A stretch of 64,000 nt of DNA from a virus (lineage: Duplodnaviria; Caudoviricetes), in IMG/VR virus record IMGVR_UViG_3300012007_000677, positions 259-64,258 of that record, one strand, 5' to 3'. Below, in pieces: positions 1 through 11,600 of this stretch. The notes below the pieces were generated by a model that searched no databases, was not told the DNA's origin, and saw only the letters and a list, made by a program, of their open reading frames with translations. Position 1 is the stretch's first letter, and each line of letters begins with the position of its first letter. Position numbers and translations under genes: made by a program.

Positions 1-738
1 ATGAAGAAGCAGGGCTACTCAACAAATTATTACGGACAGATAGAAAGAAGCATCCGAGCCGTCGTACGCCATTGTATCAAAAGGGGGTACTCTTCAACAG
101 ACGCATTCAAAATTTTTAAATGTAAGAAAGAAGACACGCGCAAACGCAACATATCCCCCGAGCAATTTCGGGCACTCCGCGACTTCGAATGCGAAGAGCA
201 CCAGAAGAAGTATCGAGACATGTTTTGTCTGATGGTATATCTTCGCGGTATTTCGCCAGTTGATTTATTTATGATGAAACGTCCCGAGAAGGTTGCTGTA
301 GGAGAATACATCTCCTACCGGCGCGAGAAAACCGGCAAATATGTCCCGCCAGTCCGTCTTGAACCGGAAGCGGTAGAAATCATCAAACGTTATGCTGGGC
401 GCAAATACCTGGTCAATGTTATGGAAACACACAAAAACTACAAGGATTTCCTGCACAGAATGGGTAACGGCTTGAAGTTAATTGGCCCAATGAAGCATGT
501 TGGCAAAAAGGGCAAAAAAGAACACCACCCACTTTTTCCTCAACTCTCAGCATACTGGGCACGCCACACCTGGATTACCGCTGCCGTTAGAGCCGGGCTC
601 CAAAGGAGTGTAGTTGCTATGGCCGTTGGACAGGTTCCAAAGATGACATTGGATATCTATGCAGAGTACGACTCAGAAATGTTTGACGAAGCCAGCAGGC
701 GCGTTCTGGACTATCTTAATGAAAAGAACAAAAAATAG
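1..738 (+). CDS. int: Tyrosine recombinase/integrase, C-terminal part (probably 5'-truncated by the window edge)
   Basis: YLRGISPVDL (catalytic Arg region), YWARHTW (HxxRH-like box), TLDIYA (catalytic Tyr). 245 aa is short for a full integrase. Confidence 0.9.
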   Translation: MKKQGYSTNYYGQIERSIRAVVRHCIKRGYSSTDAFKIFKCKKEDTRKRNISPEQFRALRDFECEEHQKKYRDMFCLMVYLRGISPVDLFMMKRPEKVAVGEYISYRREKTGKYVPPVRLEPEAVEIIKRYAGRKYLVNVMETHKNYKDFLHRMGNGLKLIGPMKHVGKKGKKEHHPLFPQLSAYWARHTWITAAVRAGLQRSVVAMAVGQVPKMTLDIYAEYDSEMFDEASRRVLDYLNEKNKK

Positions 739-765
739 GGCCGCGTTTCACAACGAAGCCCTATT
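734..765. terminator. Hairpin between the convergent integrase and 800..1615 genes
   Basis: Inverted repeat AATAGGGC ... GCCCTATT. Confidence 0.6.
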
Positions 766-799
766 CCAAACTTAAATCTAATACCATGAAAAACACTCC

Positions 800-1615
800 T
801 TACATCCAGTCATGATGATTACGCGCAAAAGTATTACGCGCGGTCAGAGCCCGAAGCAAAGCCCTTTCGCTTAGCTCAACACTCTTAAGTGCTTCCGCTG
901 CGTCGTTCGGACGCTGGAACCGCAGCACCTGAGACAAAAGATAATCAACGAAAATCTTATGTGCCGCAGACTTAATGGCACTGGTCATAGCAATATTGAA
1001 GTTGCCGGGCATGGCGAGTTCGAGAGGAATAACTGCATATTCTGTCGAGTCTGCAACAATCTCGACTTCTGCTGCCGGCCCACGACCGTTAACCACTGCG
1101 TCTTCTGCGCCAAGGAGGCCAGTAATTTCTACAGACACAGCTTTAGTTAAACCATACTGGCGGTCTCCGTAAGAGATTGTCACCTCAGGCTCTCCTGACT
1201 CTGCAGTCATCGTTATTCTATATTTTTCGCCAGCCCTAAGAGCAAAAGATGTAATGTTTGAAGGTGTTGGCGATGGTATACTGCCATTGAACACAGTGAT
1301 TCTCTCTCCGTTAATGATGCTCTCCAGTCGATTGTCGTCCTCTGTTCGCCCAACAATCAAATAGCGCTGGCTCACGGTTTTAATACGGTCGTACGCTTCT
1401 GTAAAAGCGCGCGCGACAATAGGGCGAACGACATTGTCGGATGGAGAGTTGATGTACCCAGCAAGAGTCCTGATCGCACTCGCGTCTTTTGTCTTTACGT
1501 CATCGGACTCTGCCGACAGTTCAATCGTTCTTGCAAGAGCTGCGAGATTAGAGCTTACATCTGTCAGAATAGTTCCCTTCGAAAACTCAATGATGATAGG
1601 TTTAGTCTTGTCCAT
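800..1615 (-). CDS. Putative virion structural protein (head-tail adaptor-like C-terminus)
   Basis: 271-aa ORF in the operon divergent from the portal, downstream of the palindrome promoter; helical C-terminus (KIFVDYLLSQVL...). Confidence 0.5.
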   Translation of the reverse strand: MDKTKPIIIEFSKGTILTDVSSNLAALARTIELSAESDDVKTKDASAIRTLAGYINSPSDNVVRPIVARAFTEAYDRIKTVSQRYLIVGRTEDDNRLESIINGERITVFNGSIPSPTPSNITSFALRAGEKYRITMTAESGEPEVTISYGDRQYGLTKAVSVEITGLLGAEDAVVNGRGPAAEVEIVADSTEYAVIPLELAMPGNFNIAMTSAIKSAAHKIFVDYLLSQVLRFQRPNDAAEALKSVELSERALLRALTARNTFARNHHDWM

Positions 1616-1630
1616 ATTATTGTTTTATTT

Positions 1631-2452
1631 TTAATGAATCTCCAACACTCCACAACGCTCTTCAAGCCACTCTCTGGTAACCTTTCTCATGTCTGCCACA
1701 ATGTTGTCTTCTAGTGCGGGCCTCATGCCGAAATTCTCTTCGTCGCCATCTGTACGTTCCGTGTCACCTCGGGCGGCAGTTGCACCGGTCTCGGTGTCCT
1801 CGTCGCCATCTGTACGTTCCGTGTCACCTCGGGCGGCAGTTGCGCCAGTATCAGCATCCTCGTCGCCATCTGTACGTTCCGTGTCACCTCGGGCTGCAGT
1901 TGCACCAGTCTCGGTCTCCTCGTTGCCATCTGTACGCTCCGTGTCGCCTCGCGCTGCAGTTGCGTCAGTATCAGCATCCTCGTCGCCATCTGTACGCTCC
2001 GTGTCGCCTCGGGCAACAATTTCGCGCGCCCCTTCTGCAGGTTTAGAAACCAGTGTTGCTACAAGCTCATTCGTCAGGGCCAGCTGCTGAACAGCATACA
2101 CAGAAAACGACTCGTTCCCAAACGGCTTAAGCCATTCGGCCAACAAGCCATAAGCGACGGCATACTGGAGCTGCATCTTGGCCCTCATGCTTCTTTCTGC
2201 TCCAGCCTCGATTTTCGGCACGTCAAGGACAACGTTTTCTTCATCGTTTTCGTCAAGAGAGAATTCGTATGTAGGCCACAATCCGGCACGAAGCGCTTTG
2301 GAGGTGTTCGTGAGAACGTTGTCCATCAGCCCCTCCAGTGCATCCTCGTTGTCAGGCGTACACTCAACCTCGCCCTTCCCGGCTCTGGCCAAAAGTGCCG
2401 TCTGGGAATAGACGAAGCCACGGATATCATTTGCTGCTACTGTAATCTGCAT
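1631..2452 (-). CDS. Putative structural/adaptor protein with acidic 20-aa RGD-containing tandem repeats
   Basis: 273-aa ORF with the repeat ATAARGDTERTDGDEDxxTG about 4.6 times. Confidence 0.6.
   Translation of the reverse strand: MQITVAANDIRGFVYSQTALLARAGKGEVECTPDNEDALEGLMDNVLTNTSKALRAGLWPTYEFSLDENDEENVVLDVPKIEAGAERSMRAKMQLQYAVAYGLLAEWLKPFGNESFSVYAVQQLALTNELVATLVSKPAEGAREIVARGDTERTDGDEDADTDATAARGDTERTDGNEETETGATAARGDTERTDGDEDADTGATAARGDTERTDGDEDTETGATAARGDTERTDGDEENFGMRPALEDNIVADMRKVTREWLEERCGVLEIH
1740..2014 (-). repeat. 60-bp in-frame tandem repeat, about 4.6 copies
   Basis: Sequence lines 1741, 1801, 1861, 1921 and 1981 are near-identical. Confidence 0.97.
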
Positions 2453-2472
2453 AACGCTTAACGATTTCGCGA

Positions 2473-2554
2473 CAAAGATAAAAACTTTGAAATGTCATTA
2501 GATTACAATGTGGCCACATTGTGTCGCATTTGCGCCCGAATATCCATAATTTTG
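2473..2554. promoter_or_regulatory. Divergent promoter pair around the palindrome ACAATGTGGCCACATTGT (2505-2522)
   Basis: Minus-strand TATCTTTG (2473-2480) and plus-strand TAATTTTG (2547-2554), each 25 nt from the 16-bp core at 2506-2521. Confidence 0.8.
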
Positions 2555-2578
2555 CTGCGCAACTTAACTTGATACAAG

Positions 2579-4534
2579 ATGGACAAACAATCTACCGATA
2601 GTGTGCTCTATCAGCACAAGCGCTTTGACGGCGAGCGACGCTGCACCGACTGGCTATGGAAAGGATACGCAGCCCACGCGCGGCTTCGCCCTTTCAGGAT
2701 GAACAGGAAGGAGTGTCGCGAATATCGCCTCGGCAACCAGTACGACAAGCCCATGTGGGTCAACGGTCGACAAATGTCGAAGCGGGAGTACATGGAGAAA
2801 AATGGTCTGCCGGTCATCCAGTTTAATCTCCTGGGCAAGAACCACCGCGTCATTATGGGCCAGTATCGCGGAAACGACGTTGCGCCAATCTGTAAGGCAA
2901 CAGATGCTGCAGAAAATGACTACGCCGCCATGTGGAGTGAGCTGTTGCGTCAGAACATGAAGATGAACCGATGCACAGAGAAAGACGCCAAAAACTTTTC
3001 TGAATTCTTGACCAGCGGACTGCCTTGCTACAAAATATCCTACGCCGACAGAAACGGCAAGCGTGATGTGTTTAGAGACGTAGTCAACCCTAACCTCATA
3101 TTCTTTCCGTACACAATCAGCCCCGACCTGGAAGACGTCGGTTATATCGGCATGATTCATTCGTTTGACTTTCGCAAGATCTTGTCTATGTTTGCCAGAA
3201 GCAAAGGTGACGCCCAAAAGCTCCGCGACATTTACACGATGTGCCAGAGCGATGAATATCTTGCCAGCACATATTCGCAAGATACCCGCTTCTCCGACCT
3301 GGCCGACGTTGACTTCTTCAAGCCAAAGGAATACAATAAATACCGCGTTATTGAACTTTGGACAAAAGAGTATCGTGACGCTTATCGCGTTATTGACGCA
3401 CGCGAAGCCAATCCGTATTATGTCCCCTATTCCAAGAGCGAAGAAGATAAGCTTAAGAAAATCAAAGAGGAGCGCCTGTCTCTCAATATGATGAAGGACT
3501 GGGATGGCGTTTCTCCTATGATGGACGAAGAGACGGGCGACATCAAATATTTCGAAGACCCCGAACTGTACTGGGAAGAGAACGGCATTTCTTGGGAGTA
3601 TTGCGTAGAAGAGTATTGGTATTTCCGATACATGGCTCCGGATGGCACCATCCTTGAAGAGGGCGTTAGTCCCTACTGGAACGGCGCCGAAAGCATACAG
3701 CCGTTCGTCGTAAAAGGATATCCGATGGACGACGGCATCATTCGCAGCCACTCTGCAGAAATGATTCCCGCACAGGATTACCTGAACTACTATATCATCT
3801 GCATGGACTTCTACATAAAGAACGCCGCCAAAGGCGTTATGGTGGTCGATGAGAACAGTATATCAGACATGCAGGGCTTCGAAGAGATGTGCGATCAGTT
3901 TATTCGTACCAACGGCGTTGTCTTGTATACCTCAGTAAGAGGCGGCAAGGCTCCCGAAATCAAGACCAGCCAAGGTATCCCGGGCGGTTTCGACTACATG
4001 ATCAATCTCTCAAAGAGTATGTCAGAGGACGTTTCTGGCGCACAAGCGTCTCTTCAGGGCAAGCGCGAGGCAAGCAATATGTCCGGCGTCCTGATGAGCC
4101 AAATGATCAATCAGGCTGCATCGTCACTTAGCGATATGCTTGGCACCTACAACGACTTCCTTGAACAAGCTGCCATGAAGCAGGTGAAAATCATGAAGTG
4201 CTGCTACACCGGACGCAAAAAGGTCAGCATCTGTGGCAAGATGCTCGAAGAGGATATGTCCATCCTGTCCGACGTGGACATGGAGTTGAGCATTTCTCAG
4301 AACTCCAATACGCCGACCTATCGCGCGCTCACCAGCGACTTCTGGCTCAACCTTGGTGTTAACAATAAGATTCCACTGAGGGTTGCCATAGAAGCCGCAG
4401 ACCTTCCGGACGGCCAGCGGGTACTGGCAATAATGGACAAATACGAGCAAACACTTGCCCAGCAGTCCGCTCCTGGCATTATGCCACCGGCCGGGACTCC
4501 TGCAGCAGCTCCAGCTCAGGGCGCTGTCGCATAA
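2579..4534 (+). CDS. Portal protein
   Basis: 651 aa; P22-like portal features (QFNLLGKNHRVIMGQ; PAQDYLN...IKNAAKG; SEDVSGAQASLQG; SGVLMSQMINQA). Confidence 0.85.
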   Translation: MDKQSTDSVLYQHKRFDGERRCTDWLWKGYAAHARLRPFRMNRKECREYRLGNQYDKPMWVNGRQMSKREYMEKNGLPVIQFNLLGKNHRVIMGQYRGNDVAPICKATDAAENDYAAMWSELLRQNMKMNRCTEKDAKNFSEFLTSGLPCYKISYADRNGKRDVFRDVVNPNLIFFPYTISPDLEDVGYIGMIHSFDFRKILSMFARSKGDAQKLRDIYTMCQSDEYLASTYSQDTRFSDLADVDFFKPKEYNKYRVIELWTKEYRDAYRVIDAREANPYYVPYSKSEEDKLKKIKEERLSLNMMKDWDGVSPMMDEETGDIKYFEDPELYWEENGISWEYCVEEYWYFRYMAPDGTILEEGVSPYWNGAESIQPFVVKGYPMDDGIIRSHSAEMIPAQDYLNYYIICMDFYIKNAAKGVMVVDENSISDMQGFEEMCDQFIRTNGVVLYTSVRGGKAPEIKTSQGIPGGFDYMINLSKSMSEDVSGAQASLQGKREASNMSGVLMSQMINQAASSLSDMLGTYNDFLEQAAMKQVKIMKCCYTGRKKVSICGKMLEEDMSILSDVDMELSISQNSNTPTYRALTSDFWLNLGVNNKIPLRVAIEAADLPDGQRVLAIMDKYEQTLAQQSAPGIMPPAGTPAAAPAQGAVA

Positions 4535-4556
4535 AAGATGCTTCCAACGCCACAAC

Positions 4557-4596
4557 AAACCGATCGCTTCTCAGAGGCGATCGGTTTTTCTTTTTG
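4557..4596 (+). terminator. Rho-independent terminator after the portal
   Basis: AAACCGATCGC...GCGATCGGTTT followed by a T tract. Confidence 0.85.
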
Positions 4597-4945
4597 ACAG
4601 GGTGTGATTCTCGCTCTCCCAGACTGCCCTACTCCTTATCTCGTTTGCAATAGCTCTCTTCTCTGCCTCGGCCGGCAACGTTCCGTGGAGGATGACATAC
4701 ACCCTACTCCTCGACATTCCGTACTCCACAGACATCCTCTCCGTGAAGCTCCTGTTGGGTGTGGATATCGGCTCCACTTTGTCTTCGTCTTGGGTAATCC
4801 GGACATTCTTATCCAGCACCCAGCGAGCACCCATTTCAAACAGCCTTCCGCTAAGCGGAATGTCGGGATGTGCGTCGCTGATAGTGCGAATCATTTCGTT
4901 CAACTCTCTCTCCAGTTGCGATTTACGAATCGACTTCCTCTTCAT
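4571..4945 (-). CDS. Small putative DNA-binding protein (HTH-like C-terminus)
   Basis: SVEYGMSRSRVYVILH resembles a helix-turn-helix; has its own promoter. Confidence 0.5.
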   Translation of the reverse strand: MKRKSIRKSQLERELNEMIRTISDAHPDIPLSGRLFEMGARWVLDKNVRITQDEDKVEPISTPNRSFTERMSVEYGMSRSRVYVILHGTLPAEAEKRAIANEIRSRAVWESENHTLSKRKTDRL

Positions 4946-4963
4946 GGCTCATAACTTTGCGTG

Positions 4964-4995
4964 CAAAGTTACAAAAAAGTTTCGACATACACAAA
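4964..4995 (-). promoter_or_regulatory. Bacteroidota consensus promoter TTTG-N20-TAACTTTG
   Basis: + strand caaagtta at 4964-4971 and caaa at 4992-4995. Confidence 0.75.
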
Positions 4996-5057
4996 AAGCC
5001 CTGCAGCAAAAATCGCTTGCCACAGGGCTTCCCAACATATAACAACTCAAAATGGCT

Positions 5058-5612
5058 TCAAAAACGAAGTTTTTTCCCAGTGTTCAGTGTTAATTCTCCA
5101 TAAGCAATGGCATTCAGCCGTCGCAGCCAGCCATTCAGGAATCGGTTCTGCGACGGGTCGTTCTCACAGATTTTCCTCAGATACTTTTCACGCGCCTCCA
5201 AAAGCATATAGAAAAGCTCCTTGGGGTTGTATGAATTGATCATGCGAAGTGTTTGCGGGCCGACAATGCCATCAGGCTTCGCGTAAACGAGCCTCTGAGG
5301 AATCACGATGCCGTTCTTTCCGCTGCACCACACCCAGTCCACCAACATATTAGCGACAGACTGGTCGTTAATTTCGTCCGCACGCCAACGGTTGTAGTAG
5401 TTGTTTTTGAGAATCCTCAGCGCGTCGGCCTCTGTGATGAGCTTTAGGTCATCGACGTCGATATCGCCATCGCCGTCTTTGTCGTAGCCCTGCTTTCGCC
5501 ATGTAGCGATGGTCACCCCTTTATTTGTGGCCCCTCCTCGATCTTTGGGGTCGTTTACAAACCCGCCCTCATACGACAGGATGAATTTACCAATCGGTTC
5601 TACTTTTGCCAT
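5058..5612 (-). CDS. Endolysin, glycoside hydrolase family 108 with peptidoglycan-binding domain
   Basis: [20 protein letters not shown] motif, [19 protein letters not shown]. Confidence 0.92.
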   Translation of the reverse strand: MAKVEPIGKFILSYEGGFVNDPKDRGGATNKGVTIATWRKQGYDKDGDGDIDVDDLKLITEADALRILKNNYYNRWRADEINDQSVANMLVDWVWCSGKNGIVIPQRLVYAKPDGIVGPQTLRMINSYNPKELFYMLLEAREKYLRKICENDPSQNRFLNGWLRRLNAIAYGELTLNTGKKLRF

Positions 5613-8600
5613 AGCTCATTTTCCTCCATCCTTTTTCTTTCATTTTTACTTTTCTTATGTTGTATCTCCCAGGCCCTATCACTGATCCTTGTTGGATTTT
5701 TCGTAATATCAAGAAACCTTGCTCGTAAAGCCCTAATTCTTCTCATTACTTCTATATCTTGTTCCCTGTCACCTGTAAGTTGTTCCTTTAAAGATTTATC
5801 CAAACGGTTGTAGCTGTCATATACTATGCCCAAATCAATCGTTTGCTTATGCTGACGGTCCCATTTTGCCGCCTCATGCTTAGCCCGAACATCAGAGCGC
5901 GTTCTTGCCGACGCTACTTCGCCTGCCCTTTCTTTCTTTAACTCATTAAGCTGGTTGCGTATATCGCCCACTTTTATGTCTTCAACAATGTCGTCAAACA
6001 ACTTTTGTTCTTTATAAGTGTCCGGATTGTTAATCTCACCTGGCGCCCAATCTTCGTCATAACTAATATACCCGCCACCTTTTGCAAGTTTTTCAATTTC
6101 ATGACCACCGTTATGCAGTTCTTTTGCAAGTGACTTGACTTCTTTTTCGGCTTTCTCGCCCTCGGCGGCTTTTATGCCGGGCATATATTCTCCAAGCCAA
6201 CTATATCTGGTCAAGAAGCCGTCGGCGTAGCCCACCACTTTCTGGAATTCCTCTTCCGTCGCATTCGGACGATATTCAATAAACAGCGTGCGCGCTGCCT
6301 CCATGCGTCCGTTTCTGGGCGTGTTGAGAAAATACATGAAGTCGACGAGTGCATCATCATAAGGATATCCGTTCTTAACCAGCCCTTCTACACCAATATA
6401 CATGTTCCCAAATGTTTGCGGATCAACGCCGCCAAACTTCGATATGTGCATCAGTATGTGTGCAGCAAGCATGGTGTTAAGAACACCGCCGTCCTGAACG
6501 TCTTTAGACATGTCCATCATCATCTTATTGAGCTCATCAACAAAGAGGATGGGATTGTAGTCGAACTTTTTGCCCTCTTCGCCAAGCATATAATCCTTGA
6601 ACGTAAACAACATGTTGCCGCCAGGCGTTCCCTGAACAGGTGTCAGCAGGTACGAAATGAAATCGTTAGAATTGCGTAGCGCCATGCGCTTTTCGTACTG
6701 CTCCTGCGTCTCGCCATCTTTGCGCTTCTCGTCATCGTCGTTCTGCAGGAATCCAAGCAGGCCGTTGCTTCCCCAGTTCCATGCGCACTTCAAGCCCCAA
6801 CCAAACAGGCCAAGTCTTGTCAGAAGATTAGGGTACTTCTTCCATGCGTCTTGACGCGCCAACTTCATGGCGTCCTCCGTGCTCAGACCAAAGCTCTCAT
6901 ACCTACGCGCCAGGCCATTGATGGTGCGCTGATAGTCTTTGGCCGAAATAAGATCTCGCGCCGCATTCATCATCGCTCTGGTGTAACCAAGGTTGGCGTT
7001 CTGATAGACAGTCAGAGCTCTGTCCATAAGACTGCGCGACAGCTGCATGGGCGACAGGAATGCCGGATGGCTCGACTGCTGTGTCTGGTTGTAGAAGATA
7101 TCTGCCTCCATCTTGGCCATTCGGTGTGCCTCTTGAATGCGCTGCGCACGCTCCTCCAGTGTCGGGTTGCCGACAGCTGCCAGCTTCAAATACTTTCTCA
7201 GAGCGTAGTCGTGAATTGCCTTGGCACCGATGCTCACCGTCACACCGTCCACAATGCGGTTGGGTATCATGCCGATGCTGGCGTACTTCTGCAGTCGCTG
7301 ACCAATAGCCGTCGCCGTATTCTCCGACAGGCGGTTGTCGCCAAGGTCTCCAACATCCACCCTCTCGCGGAAGCTGGGAATGTGGTCGTAACACCACTTC
7401 CAGTTTTGCCAAAGGGCGCCTGTTGCGCAATTCTTTGCCAAAATTCCCATAAACACAGGGTTCTGGCTGTACCCAAGATAGGCTGGCGCAGACAGCAGCT
7501 GCTTCAACGCCGTATTCAGACGGTACGCAATGTTGCCAGCAACGAGGCCCTTATTGAGAATCGATATCGTTTCATCGCCATACTTTGCGTCTCCGGGAAT
7601 GTAGCTCTTGGTGGCCACGGCTGCAGCCTCGTAGAATCTCTCAAAATCTCCGGCGTGGTTAGCGTTGAGCTGGTTGCGGAAATAGGTGTTGCTCAATATG
7701 GCATCCAGGTCACGTCTTACGCGAGCATAGGCGTACCAATTCTCCATCTGCTCCACATGGGCGCTGATGGCGTCAAAGATGCTCTGCGTGATATCCACGG
7801 GAAGCACGTTGAACTTTCGATTGATAAGGCTTCCGGCGCGAGTCTCCAGGCTTTTGCGCTGTGCGGCATCCTCCGACAGGTCGCTCTGCTGACGCACGGC
7901 GCCCTTGAAGATACCCATCGGCACATAGTTCTCAATGCGGGCCATCGACGTGTTATACATCTCACGATATCGCTCGTTGTACTTCGCACGACTACCGGCA
8001 AGAAACTCGCTCGACAACCACTTGGCCAGCTCGATATACTTGGGGCCTACAAACTTCTCAATCTCTGCGATAGAGGTGTCATCAAAGCCCTGGTTCTGGA
8101 GTTTCACCTTACCGTCGGCCATCTGCCAGCGCGCCCAGATATAGGTGGCCTGCCCCTTACTCATCGGCATTTCAAGGCGGTTGCCGTAGGCATCCACCAT
8201 CGTCACGCCGCTGTGGTTCTCAATCTCATCTGCCTTTGCAGCCTGTTTTACCCATGCGTCGGTTCTCAGGATTTTGCTGTTCTTTGTGCCGAACAACTCC
8301 TCCACCTTGGCGTTCAACGCATCCTTCTGCTCGCGCATTCCGGTCAGGTAGGTGTTGTAGGCCTCTATCACACCGTCCTTGCCTTCCATGAAGTAGCGGT
8401 AGAGCCAGCTGTCCTTTCCAACGCCGTCGGTGGCCACCTTTTGTGTCATGTAGTCAAATGAGGACATCGGCGCACTAAACAGACGTTTGACGGCACTTTC
8501 TTTTGTGGCATCCGAAATTTCCTCCTGTCCCTTTCGGGTTGTCTCGTTCGGGTCCTTTCCCCAAACAGAATGCACAGCCTCGCGTATCAGCATGATTCTA

Positions 8601-11600
8601 CGCTGCGCCTCGCGTTCTGTCTTAGCCTGCAGAGACTCCCTGCCGCCCTTGATGACGCCGTCGAAGAGCTCTATCACTCTGCTCAGCGCCTCGCTTCTGG
8701 CCATCTGTGCCTGATTGCGCTGCTCTTTTAGCATTTCTATCTCGCTGCGTATCTGGCGTATCTTACCAGTTAACTCATGGCGCTTTGCGTCGTCGGCCGT
8801 AGCGTTTCTCTCTTGCGTCGTTGCCTTTTGAAGGTCAATCTTTTCGGAGATCTGCCTGCGAATATTGGCCTCTTGTACCTCAAACTCACGGGGCTCTATC
8901 AGGGCCTGCATGAGTTTCAGCTGTGTCATGAGGTCCGTGTCCTCCGTTGTCCAGACGGCCTCCTTTCTGGCGGCTCGGTCCATCTTCTCTTCCAGGGCCT
9001 TAAGCTCCTCGTTGATGTCGCTCTCTCGGGTTCCCGGCTTTGCCTGACGGATATCCTCCATCTCCTGCTCCGTTGCAGCCATGTGGCTCTCCATCTCGCG
9101 CAGATCTTCCTCCAGTTTGGAAATGCGACCGTCCGGATCACCGTCACGACGCAGGCGACGAAGCTCCGCATTCACTTTCATGCGGTTGCGCCGCAGGTCA
9201 TCCATGCGCTCCAACAGTCCCGCCATCTTGTTGTCCATCACGCGCTGGTTTACTCCCCGCAGAATTACCCTTGTGCGGTCATCGACGGTCTTAGCAATAG
9301 ACATATTCTTGCCGTTGACACCCTGCACCTTCAGGGCCAGCATCCTGTCAAGGCGCTGCTGCTGCGCGCGCACCATGCCTGCCGTGCTGACATTCCTGAC
9401 TTCAAGCATAGCTTTCTCCAAGCCCTCTTGCGTCGTTGCGTTCTGCACAGCACTCAGAAGTTTATTCAACTCCTGTTTGGTGGTATAGGGCATCCATTCC
9501 GACGCTACCTGTTCGCGGATATAGTCAATCAGCTGCTTACGGATATTCTCCCGACGCTCCATCGCAATTCTGGTGTTGTCGAGCTTTTTGCCATCGTCAC
9601 GCTTCTCGTTCAACTCAGCACGAAGGGCCGCATTCTCTTCACGCGCAGCCTTGTTCTGCTGAATGAGTCTTTCGATTGCAGCCTTACCCTCTTTGTTCGT
9701 GCGCTCAGCTTTCAGCTCAGTCCACATACGCTCCATCTTCTCATTCTGCTGCTCTACCTTGCGCTGCAAGAGATCGATGGTCTCCTTGGACTTCCGGCGC
9801 TCTTTCTCTCCGCTGACCTCCTCAAAGATTTGGTCGTAGGTGGATTTATCCATGCCGTAGCGGTCATAATACTCTTCGTCAAGAGCCTCCTGCTCGGCAT
9901 CTTCATCAGCCTTAATCTGCGAACTTACTTCAAGCACTCTCTTGTACTGAATATAGTCGTTGAGCTGTCCCTTGCCACCACATTCTGACAAGACAGACTG
10001 CAGAGCGTTCACACCGGCCATGGGGTCGTTCTCGTCGTACGGGATACCAAGCCTCTGACATTCCGTCTCTACCTCTTCGCCGACGCGCTCAAAACCGCGA
10101 CCTCCGTTCTCTTCTGACGTGAACAGACCGAAGAATTTCTTGCGTTCGCCCTCCTTATAACCCATGAACGAGCGGACACCCTTGACGAGCACCTTGCCCT
10201 CAGAGTCCTTTACGTCGCCCCAAAGCAGACCGCCGCCGCGAAGTATGCCAGCAGCAACCTCTTCGATGGTGTGCGGCTCCAGGTCAAGCAACATGTCGCG
10301 ATAGTGGGCGTTGTCCTTCACTTCGTCCCACGTCTGCTTCCACAGTTCCGACTTGCCTTTCTTGATGTCGGAATCTTTGGAATACTTAACCCCGCTGTCC
10401 GGCGTTAAGCCTCCCCCCACTTCTCCAACGCTTTCGCGTCGGCCATTTCCTGGTAGGCGTACCTCAATTCTTTTGGCCACTCCATCCAGTCGATGGGGCA
10501 GTCGTCGAGTGCCTGATAATCCTCTTGCGATAGAGGCAATTTGATGCTCTGCAAGTCCTCTTTCTTTTCTATTGATTTCATCTTCAATAAGTTTTAATGC
10601 TTCTTCAAATTGTTGTTCACTTACTCCGTAATCCCAGTCTTTAGCTTCATCAAGACTAACCTCGCCCTTTGAGCTGTTTCTGCTGTTGTCAAGACAAACG
10701 ATGTTTACCTCTGGGAAGTTGTCGCTTAAATCTCTAATTTTGCCATTGTTGCTCACGAAAGCATGCCCAAAGAAATAGTTGAACGGTACAGTTCTACCCT
10801 CTTTCTTGGCTCGCGCCAGCGTGTTTGAGAACGACGTCACAGGGTCGTTGTACACCGCAACTACACGAATATCGCTCTCCTTGACGCCTGCTTCTTTAGC
10901 GGTATTTATGGCACGCGCCAGACTCTCATAGGTGTTAAACGCAGAATCGTAAACCACGCCGGCTTTCGATGTGTCTATTCCCGATGTTCTGAGCGATGTG
11001 CTCTTGCCTGCTCCCGCATGGCCTGTCAATAAGATTACTGTTGGATTGTTGTCTGCTATCGCTTTAGCCAGAGCTTTTCGGTATACCTTGGCAATCAGAT
11101 CGTCGTTCTTACCATACAACGAGACGTTTGTCCCGTCATACCCGACAACCGCAAACGCCCGTTCCCGCAATTCGTCCGGGTCAATGACGTTTGTACCTGA
11201 GCCAAATTTCTCATTGATATACTCATCAGCAATTTTTTCAGCAACAACATTATAGAAGTGATCAATCGGCTTCTTAATCTCTCTTTGCAAAGATACTAAA
11301 CTTTCTTCACTCAACAAACTTTCTGGGCCAAATTTTTTCTTTATTGTATTAATTTTGCTAATTCTATCTGCAATTTGCGCCTTTTTATCTTCGTTGCCGC
11401 CAGAATATTTTTCCGCAAAGTCTTCGCTCTCTTTCGAGAAACGCACACCAACCTCTTCGTCGTACTGGCGGCTGCGGGCCATATACTGCTCCAGCGTGCC
11501 ACTCTTGCCCTCGGTAATGGGATTGATATCCACCTTGATGCCGTCAAATTCTATCGGATTCTCGTTCAAAATGTTGAACAGAGCATCCTCGCTAACATCG

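Noticed and set aside
1740-2014. CRISPR array
   Set aside because: Contiguous 60-bp in-frame units with no unique spacers and no cas genes.
6851-9988. Long + strand ORFs (536 aa, 403 aa) as real genes
   Set aside because: Antisense shadows of the giant ORF, with no recognisable motifs.
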